A stretch of DNA of 44,207 nucleotides, from contig CAZWPU010000001.1 in the NCBI GenBank assembly GCA_964635605.1, positions 1 through 44,207 on the forward strand, written 5' to 3'. The DNA is from an uncultured Bacteroidales bacterium. GTDB lineage: Bacteria; Bacteroidota; Bacteroidia; Bacteroidales; UBA12077. A model generated the notes under the pieces. The model saw only the letters and a program-made list of their open reading frames with translations, was not told where the DNA came from and ran no database searches. Position 1 is the first letter of the stretch; every line of letters starts with the position of its first letter. The position numbers and the translations under genes were made by a program. Positions 29,327 through 38,015 of the stretch are shown here, one piece after another.

Positions 29327-29518
29327 CTATTCTTCGTCTTGCTGCATTTTTTGAATATAGATAGCTTTTTTCTTCTGTTCTCTTTTCTTAACAGAAGGCT
29401 TAGCAAATGCCTGACGTTCTCTTAATTCTTTAACAACACCTGTTTTTTCGAACTTTCTTTTAAACTTTTTTAAAGCTCTCTCGATATTTTCACCTTCTTT
29501 TAATGGTACTACTATCAT
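29327..29518 (-). CDS. rpsU: 30S ribosomal protein S21
   Basis: MIVVPLKEGENIERALKKFKRKFEKTGVVKELRERQAFAKPS; 63 aa. Confidence 0.9.
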   Translation of the reverse strand: MIVVPLKEGENIERALKKFKRKFEKTGVVKELRERQAFAKPSVKKREQKKKAIYIQKMQQDEE

Positions 29519-29548
29519 AATTTTTTTTCCTTAATTTTTATTGAGCCG

Positions 29549-29556
29549 CAAAAATA
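29549..29556 (-). promoter_or_regulatory. Candidate -7 promoter box (TATTTTTG) for rpsU
   Basis: The reverse complement of caaaaata matches TAnnTTTG. It lies about 30 nt upstream of the rpsU ATG (29518). Confidence 0.3.
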
Positions 29557-29719
29557 TTAATTTAAAATTCACTTTTCAAAAAAAACTACAAAAAAATTAA
29601 AAAAAACATCTTTTTTAAAAAATATAGTAAATTATAGTTTCTTTAGAAAAGAAAAATTGAATTTTATTTATCAATAAATATACAAATATTCACATCAAAT
29701 ATCAAGAAAAATATATTTA

Positions 29720-30649
29720 TTATTTTTCCAGATATGGTTTAATTTTTTGAAAAACATTTTCGGGCAAAAGATTGTAATCTATTAATTCATTAATATCATG
29801 AAATTCATCCTGGATTTCTCTGAATTTTAAAATTGATTGTGTTTGATATTTATTTAGATAGGGATGTTTTATTAAGTCAGTATATGCTGCCTCATTAATA
29901 TTAATTTTATAAATTAAACTGGTATCAATTATTAATTGATCTTTAATGCTAGCGATCAAAACCGAGTCTAACCCATACACTTCATATAGTTGTGATTTAT
30001 GAATATAACCACCCAGAAGTTCTCTATATTTTATAATACGTTCAGCATATGCAGGCCCTATTCCATAAATTAATTCTAAACTATCTGCAGAGGAGGAGTT
30101 AATTTCAATAACGATTGATGTAAAGTCTCTTTTATATTCTTTATCTAATCTGTCAACATGTTCTTCCTTCTTAACTATAAAGACAAATGGTTCAAGGATA
30201 TCAAACTGGTCTTTCTCTATTCCATAGATTTTTAGAAGATCTGTTGAAATTTGAAACTCTCCTCCGGCATTTCTATAGTTTATAAATGTTGATATTTGCT
30301 TTTCACTTAGGCCTAATTTATTCAACTGTTTTTTAGATATAGTATTCGGATCGAAATAAAAAAGCGAATCAGGGATTATCCAATGGTTTTCATATGCGTT
30401 TTCTTCTGATGAATAGATTTGCTGTTTTTTCTCTTTTTCCCTTCTAAACGATTTTTCCTCCAAAGATTTTTCAAATTCAGTAATTTTTTCTCGATAATCT
30501 TCAGTCATTAATGAAATATCTTTATTGGAAGAAAAATCAATAAACTTTTCAGCAATAACCAGGATTACTAGTAAAAAAAGGAGTACTATGATACCATTGC
30601 GCTCTCTTTTTGTAAATGAAAAATATTCTTTTAGCCTTCTTCCAGCCAT
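29720..30649 (-). CDS. Membrane-anchored helix-hairpin-helix (ComEA-like) repeat protein
   Basis: One N-terminal TM helix, a Lys/Glu-rich linker, then three HhH-type units (NKLGLSEKQISTFINYR; LIYGIGPAYAERIIKYRELLGG; LIKHPYLNKYQTQSILKFRE). Confidence 0.65.
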   Translation of the reverse strand: MAGRRLKEYFSFTKRERNGIIVLLFLLVILVIAEKFIDFSSNKDISLMTEDYREKITEFEKSLEEKSFRREKEKKQQIYSSEENAYENHWIIPDSLFYFDPNTISKKQLNKLGLSEKQISTFINYRNAGGEFQISTDLLKIYGIEKDQFDILEPFVFIVKKEEHVDRLDKEYKRDFTSIVIEINSSSADSLELIYGIGPAYAERIIKYRELLGGYIHKSQLYEVYGLDSVLIASIKDQLIIDTSLIYKININEAAYTDLIKHPYLNKYQTQSILKFREIQDEFHDINELIDYNLLPENVFQKIKPYLEK

Positions 30650-30662
30650 AAACTTACGTTTA

Positions 30663-32027
30663 TCAGAATTTTAAAATCCCTATACCATTTAAAAATACCA
30701 TTGCAATAGCAATTGGTGCAATAAACTTAACCAAAAACATAAATAAACTTAAATATTTTGCTTTTAGTGTACCCTGATTTGATAGTTCATCTTTGGTTTT
30801 TGACTTACCAAAATACCAACCAACAAAAAGCACAATGAATAATCCTCCAAGAGGCAATAAAATATTTGCAGAGGTAAAATCAAGAATTCCAAAAACATGT
30901 CTACCAAAAATTTTAAAATCGGCCAAAGCACTCCAAGACATAACAGTCATCAATCCTAATACAGATACCGATAGGCTGGCTAAAATCGTTGCTCTTTTTC
31001 TGGTCATGTTTAATTCTTCGGCAAAATAAGCAACAATAACTTCTAATACAGAAATTGTAGATGTAAGCGCTGCAACTCCTAAAAGAACAAAAAATAAGAG
31101 AGAAAAATAATAGCCTCCGGTCATTTGCTGAAAAATATTAGGGAGTGTACGGTAAACTAATCCTTCGCCTGATTCTGGAGCAATACCAAAAGCAAATACA
31201 GCAGGGAAAATAGCAACTCCTGCTAATATGGCAATAAATGTATCAGTTAGCGATACACTAACAGCTGTATTAGCTAAATTATCTTTTTTACTAATATAAG
31301 AACCATAGGTTATTAAAGTTCCCATCCCTATACTCAAAGAAAAGAAAGCCTGTCCGAGTGCTTCGAGGATAGTATTGCCTGTTATTTTTGAGAAATCGGG
31401 TTTAAATAAAAACAATAATCCATCTTTGGCTCCTGGCAACGTAACAGAACGTATACATAAAATTATAATCAATAATAATAAAATAGGCATAAGTATTTTA
31501 GCATATTTTTCGATACCGTTTTTTACGCCGGATACTACAATCCAGGATGTCATAAACATAAAAATAGCAAACCAAAGAATGGGCCGGAATGAGCTTTCGC
31601 GAAAAGAATCAAACATCTGTCCTAAATCAGCGGAAGATTTTCCAGCAAATCCGTTAACAATTGACTGATAGATATATTCTAAGGTCCATCCTGCCACGGC
31701 AGTGTAAAATGCCAGAATCATAAATGCAGCAACAACGCCCATTAAACCTACCAAATACCATGGCTTACCGGGTGCTAATTTGCGAAAAGCACCAAATGGA
31801 TTTCGTTGCGCTTTTCTTCCAATAGTAAACTCCGACAACATTACAGGAATACCAATAGCAAAAATAAAAGCGAGATATATAAATAAAAATGCACCACCTC
31901 CATTTTCGCCAACGACATATGGAAATCGCCAAATATTTCCTAAACCAATTGCAGAGCCTGCGGCTGCTGCAATAACTCCAAACTTACTTCCGAAGCTATC
32001 TCTTTTAGAAAAATCAAATTCTGCCAT
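30663..32027 (-). CDS. Sodium-dependent transporter, neurotransmitter:sodium symporter (SNF/NSS) family
   Basis: GSAIGLGNIWRFPYVVGENGGGAFL is the NSS TM1 signature. About 11-12 TM helices. Confidence 0.9.
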   Translation of the reverse strand: MAEFDFSKRDSFGSKFGVIAAAAGSAIGLGNIWRFPYVVGENGGGAFLFIYLAFIFAIGIPVMLSEFTIGRKAQRNPFGAFRKLAPGKPWYLVGLMGVVAAFMILAFYTAVAGWTLEYIYQSIVNGFAGKSSADLGQMFDSFRESSFRPILWFAIFMFMTSWIVVSGVKNGIEKYAKILMPILLLLIIILCIRSVTLPGAKDGLLFLFKPDFSKITGNTILEALGQAFFSLSIGMGTLITYGSYISKKDNLANTAVSVSLTDTFIAILAGVAIFPAVFAFGIAPESGEGLVYRTLPNIFQQMTGGYYFSLLFFVLLGVAALTSTISVLEVIVAYFAEELNMTRKRATILASLSVSVLGLMTVMSWSALADFKIFGRHVFGILDFTSANILLPLGGLFIVLFVGWYFGKSKTKDELSNQGTLKAKYLSLFMFLVKFIAPIAIAMVFLNGIGILKF

Positions 32028-32118
32028 GTTCTATTTAAATGTTTAATTAAAAATGTAAAAAGCTTAGCAATTTTACAAAAATTGACTTGATTTGCAAAAA
32101 AAATAGTCGATGTAAGCA

Positions 32119-32150
32119 CAAAAAAAGACAGAGAAAAAAATCTCTGTCTT
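32119..32150 (-). terminator. Rho-independent terminator downstream of the class I aldolase gene
   Basis: 10-bp stem aagacagaga (32125..32134) / tctctgtctt (32141..32150) with a 6-nt loop, followed on the minus strand by a U-run (A-run 32120..32126 on plus). Confidence 0.6.
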
Positions 32151-32175
32151 ATAATATAATTAAATGTCTAAAAAT

Positions 32176-33234
32176 TTAAGCAATATTAATTTCTTTTGCT
32201 AAATATACATTCTGAATTGCATTCAATAATTCAACTCCATCGTTCATAGGACGTTGGAATGCTTTTCGTCCAGAAATCAATCCCATCCCACCGGCACGCT
32301 TATTAATAACAGCTGTTTGGACTGCTTCAGACAAATCAGACTTTCCAGATGATGCACCTCCAGAATTAATTAATCCCGAACGCCCCATATAATTATTAAC
32401 AACCTGATATCGGGTTATATCAATTGGATGGTCGGTTGTTAACTCTGTATATACTTTGTCATTTGTTTTAGCAAATCCAATTTCTTTAAAACCGCCATTA
32501 ATGGTAGGTAATTTTTGTTTTATAATATCAGCCTGTAGAGTTACACCCAGATGATTGGCCTGACTGGTCATATCAGCTGAAGTATGATAGTCTACTCCAT
32601 CTTTTTTGAAGTCAGAGTTTCGTAAATAACACCAAAGTACTGTTGCCATACCTAACTCGTGAGCTCTTTCAAAGGCTTCGGCAATTTCAATAATTTGTTG
32701 ATTTGATTCTTCTGAACCAAAATAAATTGTTGCTCCAATAGCCTTAGCTCCAAGATTCCATGCTTCCTCAACCGAACCAAATAAAATTTGATCGTATTTG
32801 GTAGGATAAGTTAATAATTCATTATGATTAATTTTTACAATAAATGGAATCTTATGTGCATATTTTCTTGATACAGAAGCCAACACACCAAATGTAGAAG
32901 CTACTGCATTACATCCTCCCTCAATAGCAAGCTTTACAATATTCTCCGGATCGAAATACATTGGATTGGGAGCAAAAGAAGCACCAGCAGTATGCTCAAT
33001 GCCCTGATCAACCGGAAGAACAGACATATACCCTGTGCCGCCTAAACGGCCGTGATTAAAAATCTGTTGCATAGTAGCCATTACTTGTGGAGAACGATTA
33101 GAATGGTATAAAACTCTATCAACAAAATCAGGGCCTGGTAGGTGTAACTGTTTTTTGTCAACGGTTTGACATTTATGATTTAAAAAATAATCGGCCTTAT
33201 CTCCTAATAGTTCTACAATTTTATTATATGCCAT
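32176..33234 (-). CDS. fbaB: Class I fructose-bisphosphate aldolase (FbaB/DhnA type)
   Basis: Collinear with my memory of E. coli FbaB: [74 protein letters not shown]. Confidence 0.85.
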   Translation of the reverse strand: MAYNKIVELLGDKADYFLNHKCQTVDKKQLHLPGPDFVDRVLYHSNRSPQVMATMQQIFNHGRLGGTGYMSVLPVDQGIEHTAGASFAPNPMYFDPENIVKLAIEGGCNAVASTFGVLASVSRKYAHKIPFIVKINHNELLTYPTKYDQILFGSVEEAWNLGAKAIGATIYFGSEESNQQIIEIAEAFERAHELGMATVLWCYLRNSDFKKDGVDYHTSADMTSQANHLGVTLQADIIKQKLPTINGGFKEIGFAKTNDKVYTELTTDHPIDITRYQVVNNYMGRSGLINSGGASSGKSDLSEAVQTAVINKRAGGMGLISGRKAFQRPMNDGVELLNAIQNVYLAKEINIA

Positions 33235-33266
33235 AATGTTTTGGATTTAAATGATTATAACTCCTA

Positions 33267-33274
33267 CAAATTTA
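33267..33274 (-). promoter_or_regulatory. Candidate -7 promoter box (TAAATTTG) for fbaB
   Basis: The reverse complement of caaattta matches TAnnTTTG. It lies 33 nt upstream of the fbaB ATG (33234). Confidence 0.3.
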
Positions 33275-33329
33275 AAAAAATAAATTGATATAATTAGGCT
33301 TTGAGGCTTTGGTTTCTTAAAAAACAGTT

Positions 33330-35738
33330 TTAAAATGGGTAACCAATACCAATATTAATAGTAAAATCGTTCTGCCAATTTAAACTTCTGCTACCCACTA
33401 TCCAACGGTTGCCTTCCTTTAATGCAGGGTCTCTAAGTTTTACTCCTAGATCTAATCGAAAAACAAAAAATGAAAGATTAAAACGAGTCCCAAATCCGGA
33501 ACCTACAGCAAATTCTTTATAAAATTCGTCTTTTCTGAACAAACCACCTTCAAACTCATCAGATTTTAAGTACCAAATATTACCAGCATCGACAAATAAA
33601 GCTCCTTCTAGAATCCAGAATAGCTTAAATCGAAATTCAGCATTTGCTTCTAATTTAATATCTCCGCTTTGATTCGGAAAACGTGTATAGGTTTTCCCAG
33701 AATATGAACCCGGTCCTAAACTACGGACATTCCAAGCTCTGATACTATTAGCTCCCCCTGAAAAATACATTTTTTCAAAGGGTAAAGATTGTGAATTACC
33801 ATATGGAATACCTACACCGGCAAATATTCTATAAGCAAAACTATTTGATTGTTTTTTAATATCATAATATCGAAAATCTAAATCAAATTTTAGATATTGA
33901 GAAAAAGGAACACCAAAAATTTCATAACTGCCATTAACAATAGAAGCATTAGTTAATTCGCTATAAGCCGATAAAAGATTCCCGGAAATTTCAGCATTCA
34001 TTCTTAAAAAATAAAAATCTCTGTTTTTTTTAATATCCTGGTTATTAAACACCAAACTATAACTACTAACAGAAACTAAATGATTTTCGTAACTACTTCG
34101 TAAATAAGTAGAATCAATAAAATTCCTGAATAACTCTGAAGCATAAGGTATTTTTACAGCATTTAATTCAACCAATTTAACATTGTGTTTCAAATACTTG
34201 TTTCCATCCCAATTATAGCCATAAGAAAGGTTTGCAACCGTTCTTCGATATTCTAGTCTGTCCTGAAAGTTATAACCTATGGAAATTTGCGTTCTAGGAC
34301 TATATTTTTTACTAAACTTTTCCGCTTTAAAAACCGGTAGCATAAACTTGGGAACACGCATGGTAATATCGCCACCCAACTCAACAGCGTTATTAATACG
34401 GCTTATTCCAACTACAGAAGTATCAAGCGCTTCTACTGAGCCATTAATCTTAAAGTCGGTTATCTCGGCACCTCCAAATAAACTTTTATGCTGATACAAA
34501 AAATTTCCACCTACGCCAATATTGCCATAAGAGTTTGTTCCTTCCAACTCAACTGTATAGGATTGTAAATAATGTTTTGTTAAGTGAATATTACAATTTA
34601 AGAGATTCACTGAACTCCTATCTTGCATCATCAAACTATCTCTTTCAAATTCTTTAAATTGAATATTAATGACTCGAAATAAGCGCAACGAATTTAGATG
34701 CTGATACGTTTTGTTAACATTGTACAAAGAATAAAAATCGCCTTCTTGAATAAAATTGGCATGTAAAAAGACTTTCTTTTTTAAGGGGTCTTCTCCTTTA
34801 CTTATAAAGTAAATACCATTTAAATAGGTAGTATCAAGATCTGAAAAGTATTTTTCTTTCTGTGCTAAGGCTTCTTTCTGATTATAATTTGTAAAAACAT
34901 AAACCTTATTAATCCTGTACTTTTGATGATTTACATCAACAGGATTTCTGTTTTCGTCTAACTCCTGGTATTTTTTAAGGTTAAGGATAAGAGAAACTTC
35001 TCGTTTTTTCGCTGAGCTGTCTGCTTGAAAAAAAATAAATTCTTTCGTAAAGTTATAATATCCTTGATTCTTTAAATAAGTTTCGATTCTTTTCCTTTCC
35101 TCTTGCAAAAGGTCTAAATCAAAATTTTCATCTTTTTTAATAAGGGAATTAATGGTATCTTTTAGTATTAATGGCTCAATTAACGAATCTTGAATATTAT
35201 AGGTTAAACGCTTGATTTTATAGGGTCTGTTTATCCTAACTCGATATAAAATCCTAGCGCGTTGACGTGTAAATATAGATGTATCTGAAACTACAGAATT
35301 ATAATATCCTTTGTTGTTAAGGTAAGATTTAATCTGCTTTGCTGATTTATCGGTAAGGAAATTATCATATATAATAGGCTCTTCTCCGATACGTCTTAAC
35401 CAACCACTTAATCCTGTTTTTTTATTTTTCCGTGATAAGTTGTATAAACCCAGATGAAATCTGATACCTAATACTCTTTTATTGGGTTTTTGCCTTACAA
35501 ATGATTTTAATTCATCCTTTTTTATTTTTTTTCTATCGGCTGTTCCTTTTTCAACTTTTACTTTATATCGGTCTAAAAGATATTTATCTTCAGGAACATA
35601 TTTTATCGGACTACATGAAGCAAAAAAGAATATAAAAAGTGCTAGTAATGCAAAAACATTATTACCCCTTTTTACTTTGTATGATAGTTTAAATTTTATC
35701 AATGTTATATATTTACACAAAATTTGCAATAATAACAA
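33330..35738 (-). CDS. Omp85-family outer-membrane protein with lipoprotein signal peptide (TamL/TamA-like)
   Basis: POTRA-like N-terminal repeats and a C-terminal surface-antigen beta-barrel ending ...NIGIGYPF. Signal peptide KRGNNVFALLALFIFFFASC has a lipobox Cys (codon 35615..35613). There is no in-frame ATG upstream of the signal peptide; candidate TTG starts are at 35738, 35729, 35720 and 35702, so the 5' end is uncertain. Confidence 0.75.
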   Translation of the reverse strand: MLLLQILCKYITLIKFKLSYKVKRGNNVFALLALFIFFFASCSPIKYVPEDKYLLDRYKVKVEKGTADRKKIKKDELKSFVRQKPNKRVLGIRFHLGLYNLSRKNKKTGLSGWLRRIGEEPIIYDNFLTDKSAKQIKSYLNNKGYYNSVVSDTSIFTRQRARILYRVRINRPYKIKRLTYNIQDSLIEPLILKDTINSLIKKDENFDLDLLQEERKRIETYLKNQGYYNFTKEFIFFQADSSAKKREVSLILNLKKYQELDENRNPVDVNHQKYRINKVYVFTNYNQKEALAQKEKYFSDLDTTYLNGIYFISKGEDPLKKKVFLHANFIQEGDFYSLYNVNKTYQHLNSLRLFRVINIQFKEFERDSLMMQDRSSVNLLNCNIHLTKHYLQSYTVELEGTNSYGNIGVGGNFLYQHKSLFGGAEITDFKINGSVEALDTSVVGISRINNAVELGGDITMRVPKFMLPVFKAEKFSKKYSPRTQISIGYNFQDRLEYRRTVANLSYGYNWDGNKYLKHNVKLVELNAVKIPYASELFRNFIDSTYLRSSYENHLVSVSSYSLVFNNQDIKKNRDFYFLRMNAEISGNLLSAYSELTNASIVNGSYEIFGVPFSQYLKFDLDFRYYDIKKQSNSFAYRIFAGVGIPYGNSQSLPFEKMYFSGGANSIRAWNVRSLGPGSYSGKTYTRFPNQSGDIKLEANAEFRFKLFWILEGALFVDAGNIWYLKSDEFEGGLFRKDEFYKEFAVGSGFGTRFNLSFFVFRLDLGVKLRDPALKEGNRWIVGSRSLNWQNDFTINIGIGYPF

Positions 35739-35745
35739 TTAATCC

Positions 35746-36519
35746 ATGCTTAGCAAAAATAAGATTAAATTCATTAATTCCATTAAAAAAAAGAAATACA
35801 GAGATGCTCATCAAAAGTTTTTTGCTGAAGGTGAAAAATTAGTTGATGAACTTTTAAAATCAGATGCTGAGATATCAACAATTTTCGCTACCAACGAATG
35901 GCTAGAACAACATCAGCAGATTATAGATAAAAAATCAATTACTAGTTATTTAATTACTAACGAAGAACTTAAAAAAATTAGTGCTTTAAGCACCCCAAAC
36001 AAAGTACTGGCTACCATAAAAATTCCAGAAATAAAATACAACAAAACAGAAATTGCGCAAGAATTAAGCATTTTACTCGACAATGTGAATGATCCGGGAA
36101 ATTTAGGAACTATCATTAGAATTGCCGATTGGTTTGGGATAAAAAATATTTTTTGTACAAAAAAAAGTGTTGATTTATATAATCCAAAAGTTGTGCAAGC
36201 AACTATGGGAGCAATTTTTAGAGTCAACGTTCACTACATTAATTTTCAAGAATTATTGCACGATTTTTATGATAATAATGATTTTATCATTTACGGTACC
36301 TTTTTAGAGGGCAATAATATTTATCATGAACCTTTAAGCCCAAAAGGGTTTATTATGATGGGAAGCGAATCACATGGTATTTCTCAACAATGGGAACCAT
36401 ATATCCAGCAAAAACTTTTTATTCCCCATTATCCGGATACAAAAAAAACCACCGAATCGTTAAATCTTTCTACAGCAACAGCTATTGTATGTTCTGAATT
36501 TAGAAGAAGACTTTTTTAA
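35746..36519 (+). CDS. TrmH/SpoU-family RNA 2'-O-methyltransferase
   Basis: LLDNVNDPGNLGTIIRIADWFG, MGSESHGIS and LNLSTATAIVCSEF are SpoU motifs 1-3. Confidence 0.85.
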   Translation: MLSKNKIKFINSIKKKKYRDAHQKFFAEGEKLVDELLKSDAEISTIFATNEWLEQHQQIIDKKSITSYLITNEELKKISALSTPNKVLATIKIPEIKYNKTEIAQELSILLDNVNDPGNLGTIIRIADWFGIKNIFCTKKSVDLYNPKVVQATMGAIFRVNVHYINFQELLHDFYDNNDFIIYGTFLEGNNIYHEPLSPKGFIMMGSESHGISQQWEPYIQQKLFIPHYPDTKKTTESLNLSTATAIVCSEFRRRLF

Positions 36520-36520
36520 C

Positions 36521-37228
36521 TTATTCAAAGTGGAAAGATATCATAAACATTCTAGAGTTTAATTTTTCTATTGCGTTTGCATATTGAGGAAAATCTTCAG
36601 AAGCATTGGAAGAAACAACATTTAATGTTCCAACAGAATATTTTATTTCAGTAGAAAATTTAAAATAGGCCAGATAAAAATCGAACCCAAATCCAATCTC
36701 ATAATAAAAATCCAGTGGTTTTAGTTTTATATAAATATCTTCATCTTCGTTAAATTCTTTATTTCTTGCCATATCACGACGAATATTTATTCCGCCAATT
36801 AAATAAGGCCTGGTATTGTTTATTCTGGTTGCTTTATATTTTATTACAAATGGTATATCAATAAAGGTAGATTCGATCTTCATCTCCGAATCAATTTGAT
36901 TATTTTCATCATAAAATAAAATATTTCGCTGTCCTAATGATATGCCTGGAAGAAATCTTAAATCAAAATAATCGTTTAGTTTCAAACTGGAAACAATGGC
37001 TACATGAAAACCTGGTACTAATTTATTAATTTCAGGAACCAACGCCGAATCAACTCCATAATTATTCATGGTAGGAGTAAGTTTAAAATCCATAGTATTA
37101 AAACCTACCGTAAAACCAAAATGGATTTTCTTATAATCAACTTCCTGGTAATTAAGAATAATTTCTTTTTGGGCGAAGGCTGAATAACCAACAACTAAAA
37201 AAAATATAACTAAAAAAGTTTTTTGCAT
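36521..37228 (-). CDS. Small outer-membrane beta-barrel protein (OMP_b-brl_2 / PorT-like family)
   Basis: Signal peptide MQKTFLVIFFLVVGYSAFAQ. Alternating hydrophobic/aromatic beta-strand pattern, about 235 aa. Family assignment is from general resemblance only. Confidence 0.55.
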   Translation of the reverse strand: MQKTFLVIFFLVVGYSAFAQKEIILNYQEVDYKKIHFGFTVGFNTMDFKLTPTMNNYGVDSALVPEINKLVPGFHVAIVSSLKLNDYFDLRFLPGISLGQRNILFYDENNQIDSEMKIESTFIDIPFVIKYKATRINNTRPYLIGGINIRRDMARNKEFNEDEDIYIKLKPLDFYYEIGFGFDFYLAYFKFSTEIKYSVGTLNVVSSNASEDFPQYANAIEKLNSRMFMISFHFE

Positions 37229-37281
37229 AGTATAACTTGTAAATGTAGTAAACGAACAATTACGCTAATATATTACATTTT

Positions 37282-38013
37282 CTATTTCTCATTTTTTGTA
37301 GCATAATAAATAGTAGCAATACCAAAAGTAAGCGATTTATAATTACTTTGAGAAAAACCTGCTTTTTCCATTTCTTTAATAAATTGCTCCTGCTCAGGAA
37401 AACGATTTACGGATTCGGGTAAATAAGCATAAGCTGAGTGATCTTTCGAAAAAAATTTACCGATAACCGGAAGTATAACATTAAAATAAAATTGATAAAT
37501 CTGTTTTACAGGAAATAGGATGGGTTTAGAAAATTCCAAAACCACAACGTGTCCTTCTGGTTTTAAAACACGGAACATTTCGATTAACCCTTTTGAAAGA
37601 TTTTCAAAATTTCTTACTCCAAAAGCTACGGTAATTGCATCAAAATAGTTGTCTTTAAAAGAAATGTTTTCGGCATCTCCATTTTGTAAGTGTATAATAT
37701 GGTTCCCCTTTTTTCGATCAACCTTTTTACGTCCAATTTTCAGCATCTCTTCCGAGATATCAAGGCCAATAATTTTTTTAGGATGTAACTTTAACGCTTC
37801 AATAGCCAAGTCGCCTGTTCCACATGCAATGTCAAGTAATACCGGATTTTTTGTACTATTAGATAAATATTTAATGGCTTTTTTTCGCCATATTTTATCA
37901 ATCCCTAATGATAAAATATGATTTAGAAAATCGTAACGTCGGGCAATATTATTAAACATAAGAGCTACTTGCTCTTTTTTCTCTGTTTGTTGATTTTTAT
38001 ATGGTTTGGTCAC
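37282..38013 (-). CDS. ubiE: Demethylmenaquinone / ubiquinone C-methyltransferase UbiE/MenG
   Basis: MFNNIARRYDFLNHILSLGIDKIWRK plus SAM motif LDIACGTGDL. GTG start 2 nt after the purL stop. Confidence 0.9.
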   Translation of the reverse strand: MTKPYKNQQTEKKEQVALMFNNIARRYDFLNHILSLGIDKIWRKKAIKYLSNSTKNPVLLDIACGTGDLAIEALKLHPKKIIGLDISEEMLKIGRKKVDRKKGNHIIHLQNGDAENISFKDNYFDAITVAFGVRNFENLSKGLIEMFRVLKPEGHVVVLEFSKPILFPVKQIYQFYFNVILPVIGKFFSKDHSAYAYLPESVNRFPEQEQFIKEMEKAGFSQSNYKSLTFGIATIYYATKNEK

Positions 38014-38015
38014 GT

